Below are positions 20,967 through 31,960 of a DNA stretch of 64,000 nt, piece by piece; positions within the stretch are counted from its first letter, which is position 1, and every line of letters starts with the position of its first letter. The stretch spans positions 192,001-256,000 of the forward strand of contig CAVZMH010000022.1 of NCBI GenBank assembly GCA_963776345.1. The letters run 5' to 3'. Source of the DNA: an uncultured delta proteobacterium. GTDB lineage: Bacteria > Myxococcota > Myxococcia > Myxococcales > Myxococcaceae. A model generated the notes under the pieces. The model made no database searches. It saw nothing but the letters and a program-made list of their open reading frames with translations, and was not told the origin of the DNA. A program made the position numbers and the translations under genes.

Positions 20967-22062
20967 CCGGGCGCGGGGCGGGCTCGGGGTCCGGCGTGGC
21001 CCGGTCCGAGACCCAGCGGAGGATGCGCGGGTAGACCTCCATCGGCGCGTGCTCGCCGAAGAGGAGGTCGCCATGCCCGTAGTCCAGCGTGTCGCCGTTC
21101 TCGCGCCCGAAGAGCATCACCGTCTTGTCCTCCGAGCCGAGCAGCTCGGCCTGGCCCAGGATCACCGGGGGCGTGGCGAGCGCGTCCTGGCTCCCGCCCA
21201 TGACCAGCACCGGCGTGGTCACCTCGCGCAGCCGGGCCCGGTAGTCGATGCGGCCGTCCCGGCTGCGGAACGCGTCGTGCGCGTTCCAGTCCGCGAGCTG
21301 CCGGAGGAGCCGGTAGCCCATCGAGGAGACGAGGTTGCAGTACACCTTGCGCAGCACCCGCGGGTCGATGGCCCTGGGGTTGACGAGCACCTCGGTGAGC
21401 GGGAGCGTCACGTGGCCGAGGAGGGGAGCGAGCCCGATGCTCAGCAGGCGCTGTCGGAAGGCCAGCGGCCAGGCCAGCCACAGCGCGAGCCTGGACAGCC
21501 GGGCCACCCAGCCCGTGTACCGGAAGAAGACCGGCGCCCCGAGCGCGCACAGCCCCTGGATGCGCCCGCCCTCCGGCCCGCCGAGCACTCCGTAGCCGAC
21601 GAGGGCGCCGAGCGAGTGGCCCACCCAGAAGGCGCGCGAGGCCCCGGTGCGCTCGAGCGCGTGGGCGAGGAGGGCAGGTCCGTCCTGGGCGATGAGGTCG
21701 TCGGCGTCGTAGAGGAAGCGTCGCCACCACCGGCGGGCCCGCGACGCCCCCGCCCCGCGCCAGTCGACGCTGAACACCTCGAAGCCGGCGGCGGCGAGGG
21801 CGTGGGCCAGGGAATGCGGCGGGTCGAAGTCGAAGTTGACGTGGTTGGCGGCGAGGCCATGGCAGAGGAGCACCGGCTCGAGGAAGCGGCGGACCTCCGG
21901 GCGGCGCCGGTGGACGGCGATGCGCGTCCCGTCCGGCGTGGGCACCAGCTCCCGCTCCGGACGCGGGCTGCGGAGCCGGTAGTACGTGCGCACGGCGATC
22001 AGGTAAGCGCCCGTGGCCAGGGCCAGGAGCCCTGCGGTGGTGACGGCCCGCGCCGGGTCCAT
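20950..22062 (-). CDS. Alpha/beta hydrolase (lipase/PhaC-like) with N-terminal anchor
   Basis: LCHGLAAN oxyanion loop, GHSLG nucleophile, QD and YGHGDL motifs. Confidence 0.85.
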   Translation of the reverse strand: MDPARAVTTAGLLALATGAYLIAVRTYYRLRSPRPERELVPTPDGTRIAVHRRRPEVRRFLEPVLLCHGLAANHVNFDFDPPHSLAHALAAAGFEVFSVDWRGAGASRARRWWRRFLYDADDLIAQDGPALLAHALERTGASRAFWVGHSLGALVGYGVLGGPEGGRIQGLCALGAPVFFRYTGWVARLSRLALWLAWPLAFRQRLLSIGLAPLLGHVTLPLTEVLVNPRAIDPRVLRKVYCNLVSSMGYRLLRQLADWNAHDAFRSRDGRIDYRARLREVTTPVLVMGGSQDALATPPVILGQAELLGSEDKTVMLFGRENGDTLDYGHGDLLFGEHAPMEVYPRILRWVSDRATPDPEPAPRPVSDAG

Positions 22063-22133
22063 GGTGCTAGAGTCCCCCGCCCCGGCGGGCAGAGCCAGGA
22101 CAGGGGCCCGCCCGTCGCAGGGGCCGGAGATCG

Positions 22134-22961
22134 ATGAAGCTGCACAAGCTCAAGTTCGTCCTGCCCAACCTGTTCACCGTCACGTCGATCTTCTGCGGCT
22201 TCTACGCCCTGACGCTCTGCGCTGGCGAGGCCAGCCCCTCCCAGCTCTACCAGGCCGCGCTGGCCATCTTCTTCGCCATGTTCTTCGACGGGTTCGACGG
22301 CCGCGTGGCGCGCCTCACCCGGACCCAGACCCAGTTCGGGGTGGAGCTGGACAGCCTGGCCGACGTCATCTCCTTCGGCGTGGCTCCGGCGATGCTGGTC
22401 TACAAGTGGGCGCTCGCACCGCTCGGGCTGGTGGGCCTGCTGGTCTCCTTCATGTTCACCGCCTGCGGGGCGCTGCGGCTGGCCCGCTTCAACGTGCTGG
22501 CCCATGCGACCGACCACTCCGGCAGCGGCCGCTTCTTCGTCGGCCTGCCCATCCCCCTGGCGGCGGGGATGATCGTCTCGATGGTCATCGCCCACCACGG
22601 GATGCGGGGAGGGGACCCGCTGGGGACGGGCGCCCAGGTGCCCATCGCCATCGTGGTGGCGGTGCTGTCGCTCCTGATGGTCTCGACGCTTCGCTACCGG
22701 ACGTTCAAGGACGTGCGGCTGAACCGCCGGACCCTGAGCGTCTTCATGCTGGTGTGCCTGGCGGGCGTCCTGGTGGCGACCCGCATCCACCCCTCGTACG
22801 TGCTGGTGGTGTACTTCGGCGCGTATCTCCTCCTGGGGTTCGTCGAGTCAGGGCTCTTGCTCGGACGTCGCCTCTCCGAGCGGCGGGAGGCGAGCGAGCC
22901 GATGCCCGCCGATGGCGTGCTCGAGGACGAGGACGAGGTGGACGAGCAGGATTTTCTGTAA
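22134..22961 (+). CDS. pssA: CDP-diacylglycerol--serine O-phosphatidyltransferase
   Basis: LPNLFT, DGFDGRVAR...FGVELDSLADVISFG and LRLARFN motifs. Confidence 0.93.
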   Translation: MKLHKLKFVLPNLFTVTSIFCGFYALTLCAGEASPSQLYQAALAIFFAMFFDGFDGRVARLTRTQTQFGVELDSLADVISFGVAPAMLVYKWALAPLGLVGLLVSFMFTACGALRLARFNVLAHATDHSGSGRFFVGLPIPLAAGMIVSMVIAHHGMRGGDPLGTGAQVPIAIVVAVLSLLMVSTLRYRTFKDVRLNRRTLSVFMLVCLAGVLVATRIHPSYVLVVYFGAYLLLGFVESGLLLGRRLSERREASEPMPADGVLEDEDEVDEQDFL

Positions 22962-22979
22962 GCCGTCTCATCCGGACCC

Positions 22980-24236
22980 ATGCGCATCGAGGCTCTCTGC
23001 ACCGGTGACGAGCTGCTCACCGGCGTCACCACCGACACCAACAGCACCTGGTTCCAGGAGCGGCTGCTCGCGCACGGCGAGCAGGTCGCCCGGACGACCG
23101 TGGTGGGCGACGTCCGGGAGGAGATCCTCGAGGCGCTCCGGACGCTCTCCGCGCGGTCGGACGTGGTGCTGGTCTCGGGCGGTCTCGGGCCGACGGCGGA
23201 CGACCTCACGGCCGAGGTCGCGGCGGAGGCCGCGGGCGTGCCGCTGGTCCTCCACCCCGGGGCGCTGGAGGCGCTGCGGGAGCGCTTCGCCCGGCGCGGC
23301 CTCACCGTCACCGAGAACAACGTCAAGCAGGTGAAGGTGCCCGAGGGCGCCGAGGTGGTGCTCAACCCCGCGGGCAGCGCGCCGATGTTCGTGCTCCGGC
23401 TGGGGAAGGCGGTGCTGTTCTTCCTCCCCGGCGTCCCGCGCGAGTACCGGGCGCTGGTGGACACGGCGGTGCTTCCCCGCATCGACGCGCTCCGGGCCGA
23501 GCGGGGCGACACGGGCTTCCGGGCGCTGCGGCTGCTCAAGACGGTGTTCCTCGCCGAATCGCACCTCGACGCGCGGGTGCGGCCTCTGTTCGCCGCCCAC
23601 CCGCGGGTGACGTTCGGGTTCCGGACGCACTTTCCCGAGAACCACCTCAAGCTGATGGCCGAGGGCCGCACGGCGGAGGAGGCGCGGGAGGTGCTCGAGG
23701 CGGCCGACGCCGCGGCCCGCCCCCTCCTCGGCGACCACCTCTTCGGGGTGGACGGCGAGACGATGGCCTCGGTGGTGGGGCGGCAGCTGCTCGCCCGCCG
23801 TGAGACGGTGGCCCTGGCCGAGAGCTGCACCGGGGGGCGCATCGGCGACATGCTGACCGAGTCGGCGGGCGCGAGCGCGTACTTCCTCGGGAGCGCGGTC
23901 ACCTACGCCAACGGCCTCAAAGAGAGCTGGTTGGACGTGGCGCACGCGACGCTGGTGGCGAACGGAGCGGTGTCCGAGGCGGTGGCGCGGGAAATGGCGC
24001 GCGGGGCGCGAGCGTCGGCGGCGAGCACCTGGGCGCTCTCGGTGACCGGCATCGCGGGACCAGACGGCGGAAGCGCCGAGAAGCCGGTGGGCACGGTGTT
24101 CATCGGGCTCGCCGGGCCGGAGGGGGCGGAGGTCCGCGCGCACCGGTTCCACGGCGACCGGGAGCAGATCCGCACCGCGAGCGCCTACGCCGCGCTGGAC
24201 TGGCTGCGGCTCCGCACCCGGGGGACGGCCTCGTGA
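22980..24236 (+). CDS. cinA: CinA family protein (MocF domain + NMN deamidase domain)
   Basis: GDELLTG, GGLGPTADD, AESCTGG and TGIAGPDGGSAEKPVG motifs. Confidence 0.95.
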   Translation: MRIEALCTGDELLTGVTTDTNSTWFQERLLAHGEQVARTTVVGDVREEILEALRTLSARSDVVLVSGGLGPTADDLTAEVAAEAAGVPLVLHPGALEALRERFARRGLTVTENNVKQVKVPEGAEVVLNPAGSAPMFVLRLGKAVLFFLPGVPREYRALVDTAVLPRIDALRAERGDTGFRALRLLKTVFLAESHLDARVRPLFAAHPRVTFGFRTHFPENHLKLMAEGRTAEEAREVLEAADAAARPLLGDHLFGVDGETMASVVGRQLLARRETVALAESCTGGRIGDMLTESAGASAYFLGSAVTYANGLKESWLDVAHATLVANGAVSEAVAREMARGARASAASTWALSVTGIAGPDGGSAEKPVGTVFIGLAGPEGAEVRAHRFHGDREQIRTASAYAALDWLRLRTRGTAS

Positions 24237-25573
24237 CCGCGCCCGCGCGCCGCCAGTCCACGGCGGAGGTGGCGGCCTGGACCTGGATGCGGGCCTACCG
24301 GAACGAGCTCCTGGTCTTCGCCGGCAGCCTCTTGGCGCTGGCGTGCTTCAGCGGTCCCCGGTTCCTGCGGCAGAGCGCCGCGCCGCACTTCGTGTACCAG
24401 GCGAAGGCGTTCCTCGACGGGCGGCTGGACCTCGACCCCGAGACGCTGCCCAACCTCGAGGACTGGGCCTGCGTGCGCGAGGTCGGCGGGGTGAAGACCC
24501 GCTGCGCAGGCCCGACGCTCCCCACCGACCGCTGGTACGTCAGCTTCCCCGCGTTCCCGGCGGTGGTGATGCTCCCGTTCGTCGCAGTGAACGGCTGGCA
24601 ATTCAACGACACCAGCTTCGGCGTCATCCTCGGCGCGCTGGCCATCACGCTCTTCTACTGGCTGGCCCGGGGGCTCTCCCGGCGGGGAGAGCTGCACCGG
24701 AGCGACCAGGAGGCGTTGCTCCTGGCCGGCGTGCTCGGGTTCGGGACGCTCCTCTTCTCCTGCACCATCCGCGGCGAGGTGTGGTTCCTGGCCGAGGTGC
24801 TCGGGGTGGTGCTCACCTGCCTCTACGTCCGGGCGGCCGTCGGCGGGGCGCGGCCGGTGCTGGCCGGGGTGCTCTGGTCGATGGCCACCCTCACCCGGAC
24901 GCCGCTGGTCTTCACCGGGCTGTTCTTCTTCCTCGAGGTGCTCACGCCGGGGCCGACGGGACGCCTTCAGCAGCTGCGCGAGGCGCTCCGGAACCCCCGG
25001 CCCTGGATGAAGCCGGTGCTCGGTTTCATCGCCGGAGCGGCGCCGCTGGCGATCCTCGCCATGCTCTTCAACTGGGCGCGCTTCGGGAGCCCGGGCGAGT
25101 TCGGGCACCGGTTCCTCTACGACAACCGGGTGAACGTGGACATCGACACCCACGGCCTGTTCAGCCCGGAGTACCTCCGGCGGAACCTCGAGGCGGCGTT
25201 CCTCATGCTGCCCCGGGTGCAGTGGTCGCCCTTCCGGCTGGGCTACGACCCGCGCGGGCTGTCGCTCCTGGTGACGATGCCCTGGCTGGTGCTGCTGGTG
25301 TTCCCCCGGACGCGGCCGCGGCTCCACTGGCCGGTGTGGCTGACCGTGGCGCTCTGCGCGCTGCCCGGCCTCTTCTACCAGAACACCGGGTACATGCAGT
25401 TCGGGTTCCGGTTCAGCCTCGACTACACGCCCTATCTCGTCTTGCTGCTCGGGCTGTCGGGCTGGTCGTTCCGGAAGACGCTGGTCCGGGTCCTGGTCGG
25501 CGCCGCGCTGGTGGTGAACACCTGGGGCGCGCTGGTCTTCCGGGGGTACACCGAGCTGGTCCGGCGCATGTGA
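24233..25573 (+). CDS. Multi-pass membrane protein, GT-C glycosyltransferase-like
   Basis: About 10 TM helices with periplasmic loops (YVSFPAFPAVVMLP; QFGFRFSLDY). Its start overlaps the cinA stop (GTGA). Confidence 0.65.
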   Translation: MTAPARRQSTAEVAAWTWMRAYRNELLVFAGSLLALACFSGPRFLRQSAAPHFVYQAKAFLDGRLDLDPETLPNLEDWACVREVGGVKTRCAGPTLPTDRWYVSFPAFPAVVMLPFVAVNGWQFNDTSFGVILGALAITLFYWLARGLSRRGELHRSDQEALLLAGVLGFGTLLFSCTIRGEVWFLAEVLGVVLTCLYVRAAVGGARPVLAGVLWSMATLTRTPLVFTGLFFFLEVLTPGPTGRLQQLREALRNPRPWMKPVLGFIAGAAPLAILAMLFNWARFGSPGEFGHRFLYDNRVNVDIDTHGLFSPEYLRRNLEAAFLMLPRVQWSPFRLGYDPRGLSLLVTMPWLVLLVFPRTRPRLHWPVWLTVALCALPGLFYQNTGYMQFGFRFSLDYTPYLVLLLGLSGWSFRKTLVRVLVGAALVVNTWGALVFRGYTELVRRM

Positions 25574-25625
25574 GCCGGCGTGGTCGAGGTTGACTTCGGC
25601 CCGGGTCGGTCGCATCGAGGAAGGC

Positions 25626-26111
25626 GTGGCGGAGATCGGACTTCCGAAGCGCTGGCACACCCGCGAGGACAGCGGGCTGGTCCTCGACCGCGAGCTGAAC
25701 TGGCACCACGACGGCGAGCGCATCACCCATCCGCGGATCATCGAGGCCTTCAACGCGGGCCTGGTGCCCACCGACGACGGGCGCTTCCAGCTGCGCATCG
25801 GTGACGACTGGGCCTACGTCACGGTCGAGGGTCCGGCGTACCGGGTGAACGCCATCGACACCGACGACGCCCGGGTCTACCTCCGGCTGAGCGACCGGAC
25901 CGGCGAGGCGCTGGACCCGTCGACGCTGTGCCTCGGCCCGGACGGGGTGCTCGGCGCCCGGGTCAAGGCCGGACGCGCCGAGGCCCGGTTCTCCCGCGAG
26001 GCGCAGTTCGCGCTCGGGCAGCTGCTGGTCAGAGAGGGCACCGGTTCGGTGCTCGTCCTGCCGGGAGCTCGCATCGAGGTCCCGATCGATCCCTCGGCCA
26101 TCGCGGGCTGA
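25626..26111 (+). CDS. DUF1285-like protein
   Basis: GAGGAAGG precedes GTG25626. Contains WHHDGERITHPRII and EARFSR motifs. Confidence 0.65.
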   Translation: MAEIGLPKRWHTREDSGLVLDRELNWHHDGERITHPRIIEAFNAGLVPTDDGRFQLRIGDDWAYVTVEGPAYRVNAIDTDDARVYLRLSDRTGEALDPSTLCLGPDGVLGARVKAGRAEARFSREAQFALGQLLVREGTGSVLVLPGARIEVPIDPSAIAG

Positions 26112-26129
26112 ACGGGTCCGGGGCTCATC

Positions 26130-27164
<1,035 letters not shown>

Positions 27165-27446
27165 GCCACGCCTCCCCCGTGTCCGGTGTTCGGGGGCGAC
27201 CCAGCAAGAGCCGGGCCGTGACCGCTGCCCCGGAGGAGGGCGCCGCCCCGTCCGGGGACGCGGGCGCATGCGCCCGCGCCGGCGGACACCCCAACGTCGA
27301 GACCACTTGGATCGACCGGATGATCGCGCCGCAATCGCGGCCGAGGGCTAGGAGCGACGACGGAGCGTGGCCGTCGTCACGTGACGGAGGAGCGACGCGG
27401 CGATCGGGCCGCGAGGGCAAGCGGGGACGGATGATCGGGTTCGGCG

Positions 27447-28220
27447 TTAGGCGGTGCGCTCGGTTCCCGAGGCCTCGGGTGCTGGACCGAGCCCGGGCGC
27501 GGACAGCGAGGCATGGAGCGCGACCACCGCGTCCCGGGCGCGCCGGACGAGCTCCTCGCGCTGGTCCATCGACAGGTCGGCGGTGGGAATCGGCGCGCCG
27601 ATTGCCATTCGGACCACGCCGGGCGCGAGCGGCTTCAGCCCCGAGGGCATCACCCGGACCGACCCCTCGATGGCGATGGGGACCACCGGCACCCCGGCCT
27701 GGAGCGCCAGGACGAACGGCCCCTTCTTGAAGGGGAGGATGCGCCCGTCACGCGACCGCGTGCCCTCGGGGTAGGCGAGGAGAGAGATGCCGCCCCGGAC
27801 GCGCGCGGCGGCGGCGTTCAGCGTGCCGACCGCCTGGGTGCTGTTGGTCCGGTCGACGAAGACCATCCCGGTCCAGGCCATGTACCACCCGAGGAAGGGG
27901 ATCGGCCGCAGCGTGTGCTTGGCGATGAACCGGAGGTCGACCGGCAGCACGGCGAACGCGGCCGGGATGTCGAGCGTGGACTGGTGGTTCATCACATAGA
28001 TGGCGGGGCCGCCGTGCATCGCGTCCGGCGCGCCCTCGACCCGGAGGTCGACCCCGGAGAAGCGGAGCATTCCCGGCGCCCAGAACCGGCGGGCGAACCG
28101 CAGCGGCAAGGAGGGGTCGCGCCTCACCGTGCCGAGCAGCAGGGCCGCGGAGATCCAGAAGATCGACCACACCCCCATCGCGGCGTAGCGGAACGGGCTG
28201 GAAAGTCTGTTCAGTACCAT
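27447..28220 (-). CDS. plsC: 1-acyl-sn-glycerol-3-phosphate acyltransferase
   Basis: NHQSTLD, FIAK, YPEGTRS and PFKKG motifs. Confidence 0.88.
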   Translation of the reverse strand: MVLNRLSSPFRYAAMGVWSIFWISAALLLGTVRRDPSLPLRFARRFWAPGMLRFSGVDLRVEGAPDAMHGGPAIYVMNHQSTLDIPAAFAVLPVDLRFIAKHTLRPIPFLGWYMAWTGMVFVDRTNSTQAVGTLNAAAARVRGGISLLAYPEGTRSRDGRILPFKKGPFVLALQAGVPVVPIAIEGSVRVMPSGLKPLAPGVVRMAIGAPIPTADLSMDQREELVRRARDAVVALHASLSAPGLGPAPEASGTERTA

Positions 28221-28275
28221 CGTCTGTTCGAACCCGTTGACTTCGGAGCCCCTGGTTCGCACATCCCGGCCAGCG

Positions 28276-29652
28276 ATGGAACCCGCCCAGCGACCCCACG
28301 TGGTGGTGATAGGGGCCGGATTCGCTGGCCTCGAGGCGGCCAAGATCCTCGGCCGGTCGGATGACGTCCGGGTGACGGTCGTCGACCGCCGGAACCACCA
28401 CCTCTTCCAGCCCCTGCTGTACCAGGTGGCCACCGCCGCCCTGGACGTGAGCGACGTGGCCTCGCCGATCCGGGCCATCCTCCGGCGCGCCCGGAACACC
28501 GAGGTGATGCTGGCCGAGGTCTCGTCGATCGACCGGGCGTCCCGCACCGTCCAGCTCACCGACGGGGGCTCGGTCCAGTACGACCACCTGATCGTCGCCG
28601 CCGGCGCCCAGGACACCTACTTCGGCCACGGAGAGTGGGCGGAGTACGCGCCGGGGATGAAGAGCCTGGAGGACGCGCTGGAGGTCCGCCGGCGGGTGCT
28701 CTTCGCCTTCGAGGAGGCCGAGCGCGAGGAGGACGCGGCCCGCCGCCGGGCCTGGCTGACCTTCGTCATCATCGGCGGAGGCCCGACCGGGGTGGAGCTC
28801 GCGGGCTCGCTGAGCGAGATCGCCCACCGGGCGCTCCCCCGCGACTTCCGGCGGATCAACACCCGCGACGCGCGCATCGTCCTGATCGAGGGGCAGGACC
28901 GGCTGTTGCCGGCGTTCTCCGAGCACCTCGGCGCCCGTGCCCGGAAGGACCTCGAGTCGCTGCAGATCGAGGTCCGGCTCGGCACGCGGGTCTCGGCCAT
29001 CGACGCCGAGGGCGTGCTCCTCGGGAGCGAGCGGATCCCGGCGCGGACCGTGCTGTGGGGCGCCGGTGTGGCGCCGTCCCCGCTCGGGAAGATTCTCGGC
29101 GGGCCGGTCGACCGGGCGGGCCGCGTCCAGGTCACCCCCGAGCTCGAGCTGCCGGACGACCGGCGGGTCTACGTGGTGGGCGACCTGGCGGCGGTGACGC
29201 AGGACGGTCAGCCCGTCCCCGGCCTCGCGCCGGCGGCGATGCAGATGGGCCGTGCCGCGGCGCGCAACATCCTGCGTCGCGTGCACGGCAAGCCGCTCGA
29301 GCCGTTTCACTACGCGGACAGGGGGTCGTTCGCGGTGATCGGCCGTGGGGCGGCGGTCGGCTCGATCTTCTCCCGCTTCGAGGTGAAGGGTTTCGTCGCC
29401 TGGATCATCTGGGCGACGGTGCACCTGCTCTACCTGGTGGGGTTCCGCAGCCGGATCGCGGTGATCTTCACCTGGCTGTACTCGTACCTGACGTGGCGTC
29501 GCGTCGCGCGGCTCATCACCTTCACGCCCTGGCTGCGAAGACGCGAGCAGGAGGCCCTCGCCGCGGCGGGCCGGGTTCCCCCATCCGGGGTCGGTTCGGT
29601 TCCGGCGACACCTTCCGCGCCGGTGCCGGTCCACGCCGCGCCGAAGCGCTGA
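28276..29652 (+). CDS. ndh: Type II NADH dehydrogenase
   Basis: GAGFAG, HLFQPLLYQVAT, GGGPTGVELAG and VVGD motifs. Confidence 0.9.
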   Translation: MEPAQRPHVVVIGAGFAGLEAAKILGRSDDVRVTVVDRRNHHLFQPLLYQVATAALDVSDVASPIRAILRRARNTEVMLAEVSSIDRASRTVQLTDGGSVQYDHLIVAAGAQDTYFGHGEWAEYAPGMKSLEDALEVRRRVLFAFEEAEREEDAARRRAWLTFVIIGGGPTGVELAGSLSEIAHRALPRDFRRINTRDARIVLIEGQDRLLPAFSEHLGARARKDLESLQIEVRLGTRVSAIDAEGVLLGSERIPARTVLWGAGVAPSPLGKILGGPVDRAGRVQVTPELELPDDRRVYVVGDLAAVTQDGQPVPGLAPAAMQMGRAAARNILRRVHGKPLEPFHYADRGSFAVIGRGAAVGSIFSRFEVKGFVAWIIWATVHLLYLVGFRSRIAVIFTWLYSYLTWRRVARLITFTPWLRRREQEALAAAGRVPPSGVGSVPATPSAPVPVHAAPKR

Positions 29653-29739
29653 ACCCTGGCGCAGGCTCCCCGAGTGCCTGCGAGCTGGAGCCGGGCTGAG
29701 GGAGACCGGGGGCAGCCGGCTCCAGCGCTCAGGACGCTA

Positions 29740-29831
29740 TAGCAATTTCGCCTACTGACAGTCCGAGTTGCCCTCGCACAACCCATTGAAGTCTCGTCGC
29801 GTCTTCACCAGGGGTGTGCGAGACGATGCTA
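29740..29831. mobile_element. Putative 92-bp IS630-type MITE with TA duplication
   Basis: Reads TA|TAGCA...TGCTA|TA. Removing the element and one TA restores the perfect palindrome GACGCTAGCGTC inside CTCCAGCGCTC/GAGCGCTGGAG arms. Confidence 0.5.
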
Positions 29832-30240
29832 TAGCGTCTCGAGCGCTGGAGGCGGGCCCCCGGGCGCTCCCCTCGTGACTCAGCGTCTCCGGAGTCGGAC
29901 GGCGCACGTGTTACCCGTCGGAGCGCGTCGGCGTTGCGCTCGGGGAGCGCCCGTCAGGCGTTCTCGGGGCGTCCACTCGCGATACCCCGCCGCCGCCGGG
30001 GTTCGAGGCCAGGGACCTGCTCGAGCCGGGCCTGCATGCCGTGGCCGGTCCGCGTCCCTCCAGAGCCGACTCGCCGCCCGTCCGAGGCCGGAGCGTCCCT
30101 GCGGGACTCGCCCTCGTCGAAGCAGGACCTCCTCCCCGGACGACGACCGAGTCGGCTCCGGACTCCACCGGTGCGGGGTGCCCTTCACCCCCGGTAGTGA
30201 GCGCGCCTCGATCGGCTCCGTTCCACCGCCGGCTCAGGCT

Positions 30241-31845
30241 CTATGGCACCGCGTCGAGCATCGCCGCCAGCGCGCTCGAGGGCGCCTCGTTCCCATCCAG
30301 GAGCGCCATCAGCCAGTCGCGCCGGTCCATGACCCGGAAGTCCACCGCGAGCTGCACGTCCACGTCCTCGATGTCGCCGTGGTCCTGGAGGTCCGCCCGC
30401 GTCCGGGCCAGCTTGAGGATGCGGTCGTGCGCTCGCGCCGACAGGCCGTACCGGTCCATCGCCGTCCGGAGCATCTCCTCCGCATGGGGGGTGGTCCGGC
30501 AATACCGCCGGACGAGCCGGGGGGACATCTGGGCGTTGCATCGAACGCCGGGGTCGTCGCCGAACCGAATTCGCTGCCGGGCCCGCGCCGCCTCGACGCG
30601 CTCGCGGTACCACGCGCTCGGCTTCTCCGGCCGGGCCGAGGCCGCGAGCCGGTACCCCTCGACGCGCCGGGTCAGCACGGTGATGTCGATACGGTCCAGG
30701 AGCGGCCCGCTCACCCGGGCGTGGTACTCGACCACCCGGTGCCGCGAGCACGTGCAGCGCTTGTCGGCCACCGCCAGCCACCCGCACGGACAGGGGTTCA
30801 TCGCCGCCACCAGCATCACCTGCGCCGGGTAGCTCACGTGGTGGTTGGCCCGGGCGATGTGCACCACGCCGTCCTCGAGCGGCTGGCGGAGCACCTCGAG
30901 CACGTTGCGCCGGAACTCGGGGAACTCGTCCAGGAACAGCACCCCGCGGTGCGCCAGCGACAGCTCGCCCGGGCGCCCCATCGGCCCGCCGCCGACGAGC
31001 CCCGCGTCGGACACGGTGTGGTGGGGCGTGCGGAACGGACGCTCGGTGAGAAGCGGGCGCGGCCCGCCGAGGAGCCCGCTGACCGAGTAGATCTTCGTCA
31101 CCTCCAGCGCCTCGTCGAAGGACATGAGCGGCAGGAGCCCCGGGAGCCGCCGGGCGAGCATCGTCTTGCCGCTTCCGGGTGGGCCGCAGAGAAGAGCGTT
31201 GTGGCCGCCGGCCGCGGCGAGCTCCAGCGCCTCCTTGATCTCGCCCTGGCCGCGCACCTCGGACATGTCCAGCTCGCCGGCGGGACGGTCCTCCTGCGCG
31301 AGGTCGCGCTGGAACGGGGGAATCGGCGCCTCGCCCGTCACGTGCGCCACCGCCTCGGAGAGGTGGGCCACCGGGTAGACGTGGATCCGGTCCACCAGGG
31401 CAGCCTCGGCGGCGTTGACCGAGGGCACGAGGACGCCCTCGAAGCCGCGGTCCCGGGCGGCGATGGCCAGCGGGAGGACGCCGCGCACGGGCTTCACCAC
31501 CCCGTCCAGCGAGAGCTCTCCCCCCATCACCCAGCGGTCGAGCGAGTTCCGCTCGAGGAGCCCCCCGGCCTCGAGCGCGGCGAGCGCGATGGGCAGCTCG
31601 AAGGCCGCGCCCTCCTTGCGGATGTCCGCCGGCGCGAGGTTGACGGTGATGCGCTTGGCCGGGAGGTCGTACCCGCCGTTCCTGAGCGCCGAGATGACCC
31701 GGACCTTGCTCTCCTTGACCGCGCCCTCGGGGAGCCCGACGACGTTGAAGTAGGGGAGGCCGACGGACATGTCGACCTCCACCTCCACCACGACCGCGTC
31801 CACCCCCATCAGCGCGCCGGAATGCACCCGGGCAAGCCTGTTCAT
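30241..31845 (-). CDS. comM: YifB/ComM Mg-chelatase-like AAA+ helicase
   Basis: ITVNLAPADIRKEG, GPPGSGKTM, PFRTPHH, LFLDEFPEF, AMNPCPCG and SGPLLDRID motifs. Confidence 0.95.
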   Translation of the reverse strand: MNRLARVHSGALMGVDAVVVEVEVDMSVGLPYFNVVGLPEGAVKESKVRVISALRNGGYDLPAKRITVNLAPADIRKEGAAFELPIALAALEAGGLLERNSLDRWVMGGELSLDGVVKPVRGVLPLAIAARDRGFEGVLVPSVNAAEAALVDRIHVYPVAHLSEAVAHVTGEAPIPPFQRDLAQEDRPAGELDMSEVRGQGEIKEALELAAAGGHNALLCGPPGSGKTMLARRLPGLLPLMSFDEALEVTKIYSVSGLLGGPRPLLTERPFRTPHHTVSDAGLVGGGPMGRPGELSLAHRGVLFLDEFPEFRRNVLEVLRQPLEDGVVHIARANHHVSYPAQVMLVAAMNPCPCGWLAVADKRCTCSRHRVVEYHARVSGPLLDRIDITVLTRRVEGYRLAASARPEKPSAWYRERVEAARARQRIRFGDDPGVRCNAQMSPRLVRRYCRTTPHAEEMLRTAMDRYGLSARAHDRILKLARTRADLQDHGDIEDVDVQLAVDFRVMDRRDWLMALLDGNEAPSSALAAMLDAVP

Positions 31846-31877
31846 CCGCCTCCCTTCCGCGCTGCGGCCGCCGAGAC

Positions 31878-31893
31878 AGCAAGCGCAGTGCCG
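31878..31893 (-). promoter_or_regulatory. Putative sigma54 (-24/-12) promoter for comM
   Basis: The minus strand reads CGGCACT-GCGC-TTGCT with exact GG-N10-GC spacing, 32 nt upstream of the ATG. Confidence 0.55.
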
Positions 31894-31960
31894 GGCGGCG
31901 CCCGAGAGCGGCACCGCTCGGGGACCGTCGCCAGCCCGAGACGGGGCGTCCGCGGCGGCA

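Noticed and set aside
28198..28215. Myxococcus-type LexA box (CTG...GTTCAG)
   Set aside because: The spacing is one base off the consensus as I recall it, and it lies within the plsC 5' end, far from recA.
29720..29851. Retron msr-msd or integron attC
   Set aside because: There is no reverse transcriptase or integrase in the window and no RYYYAAC/GTTRRRY ends.
29852..30240. Small CDS between ndh and comM
   Set aside because: No frame shows a convincing RBS, codon bias or motif.
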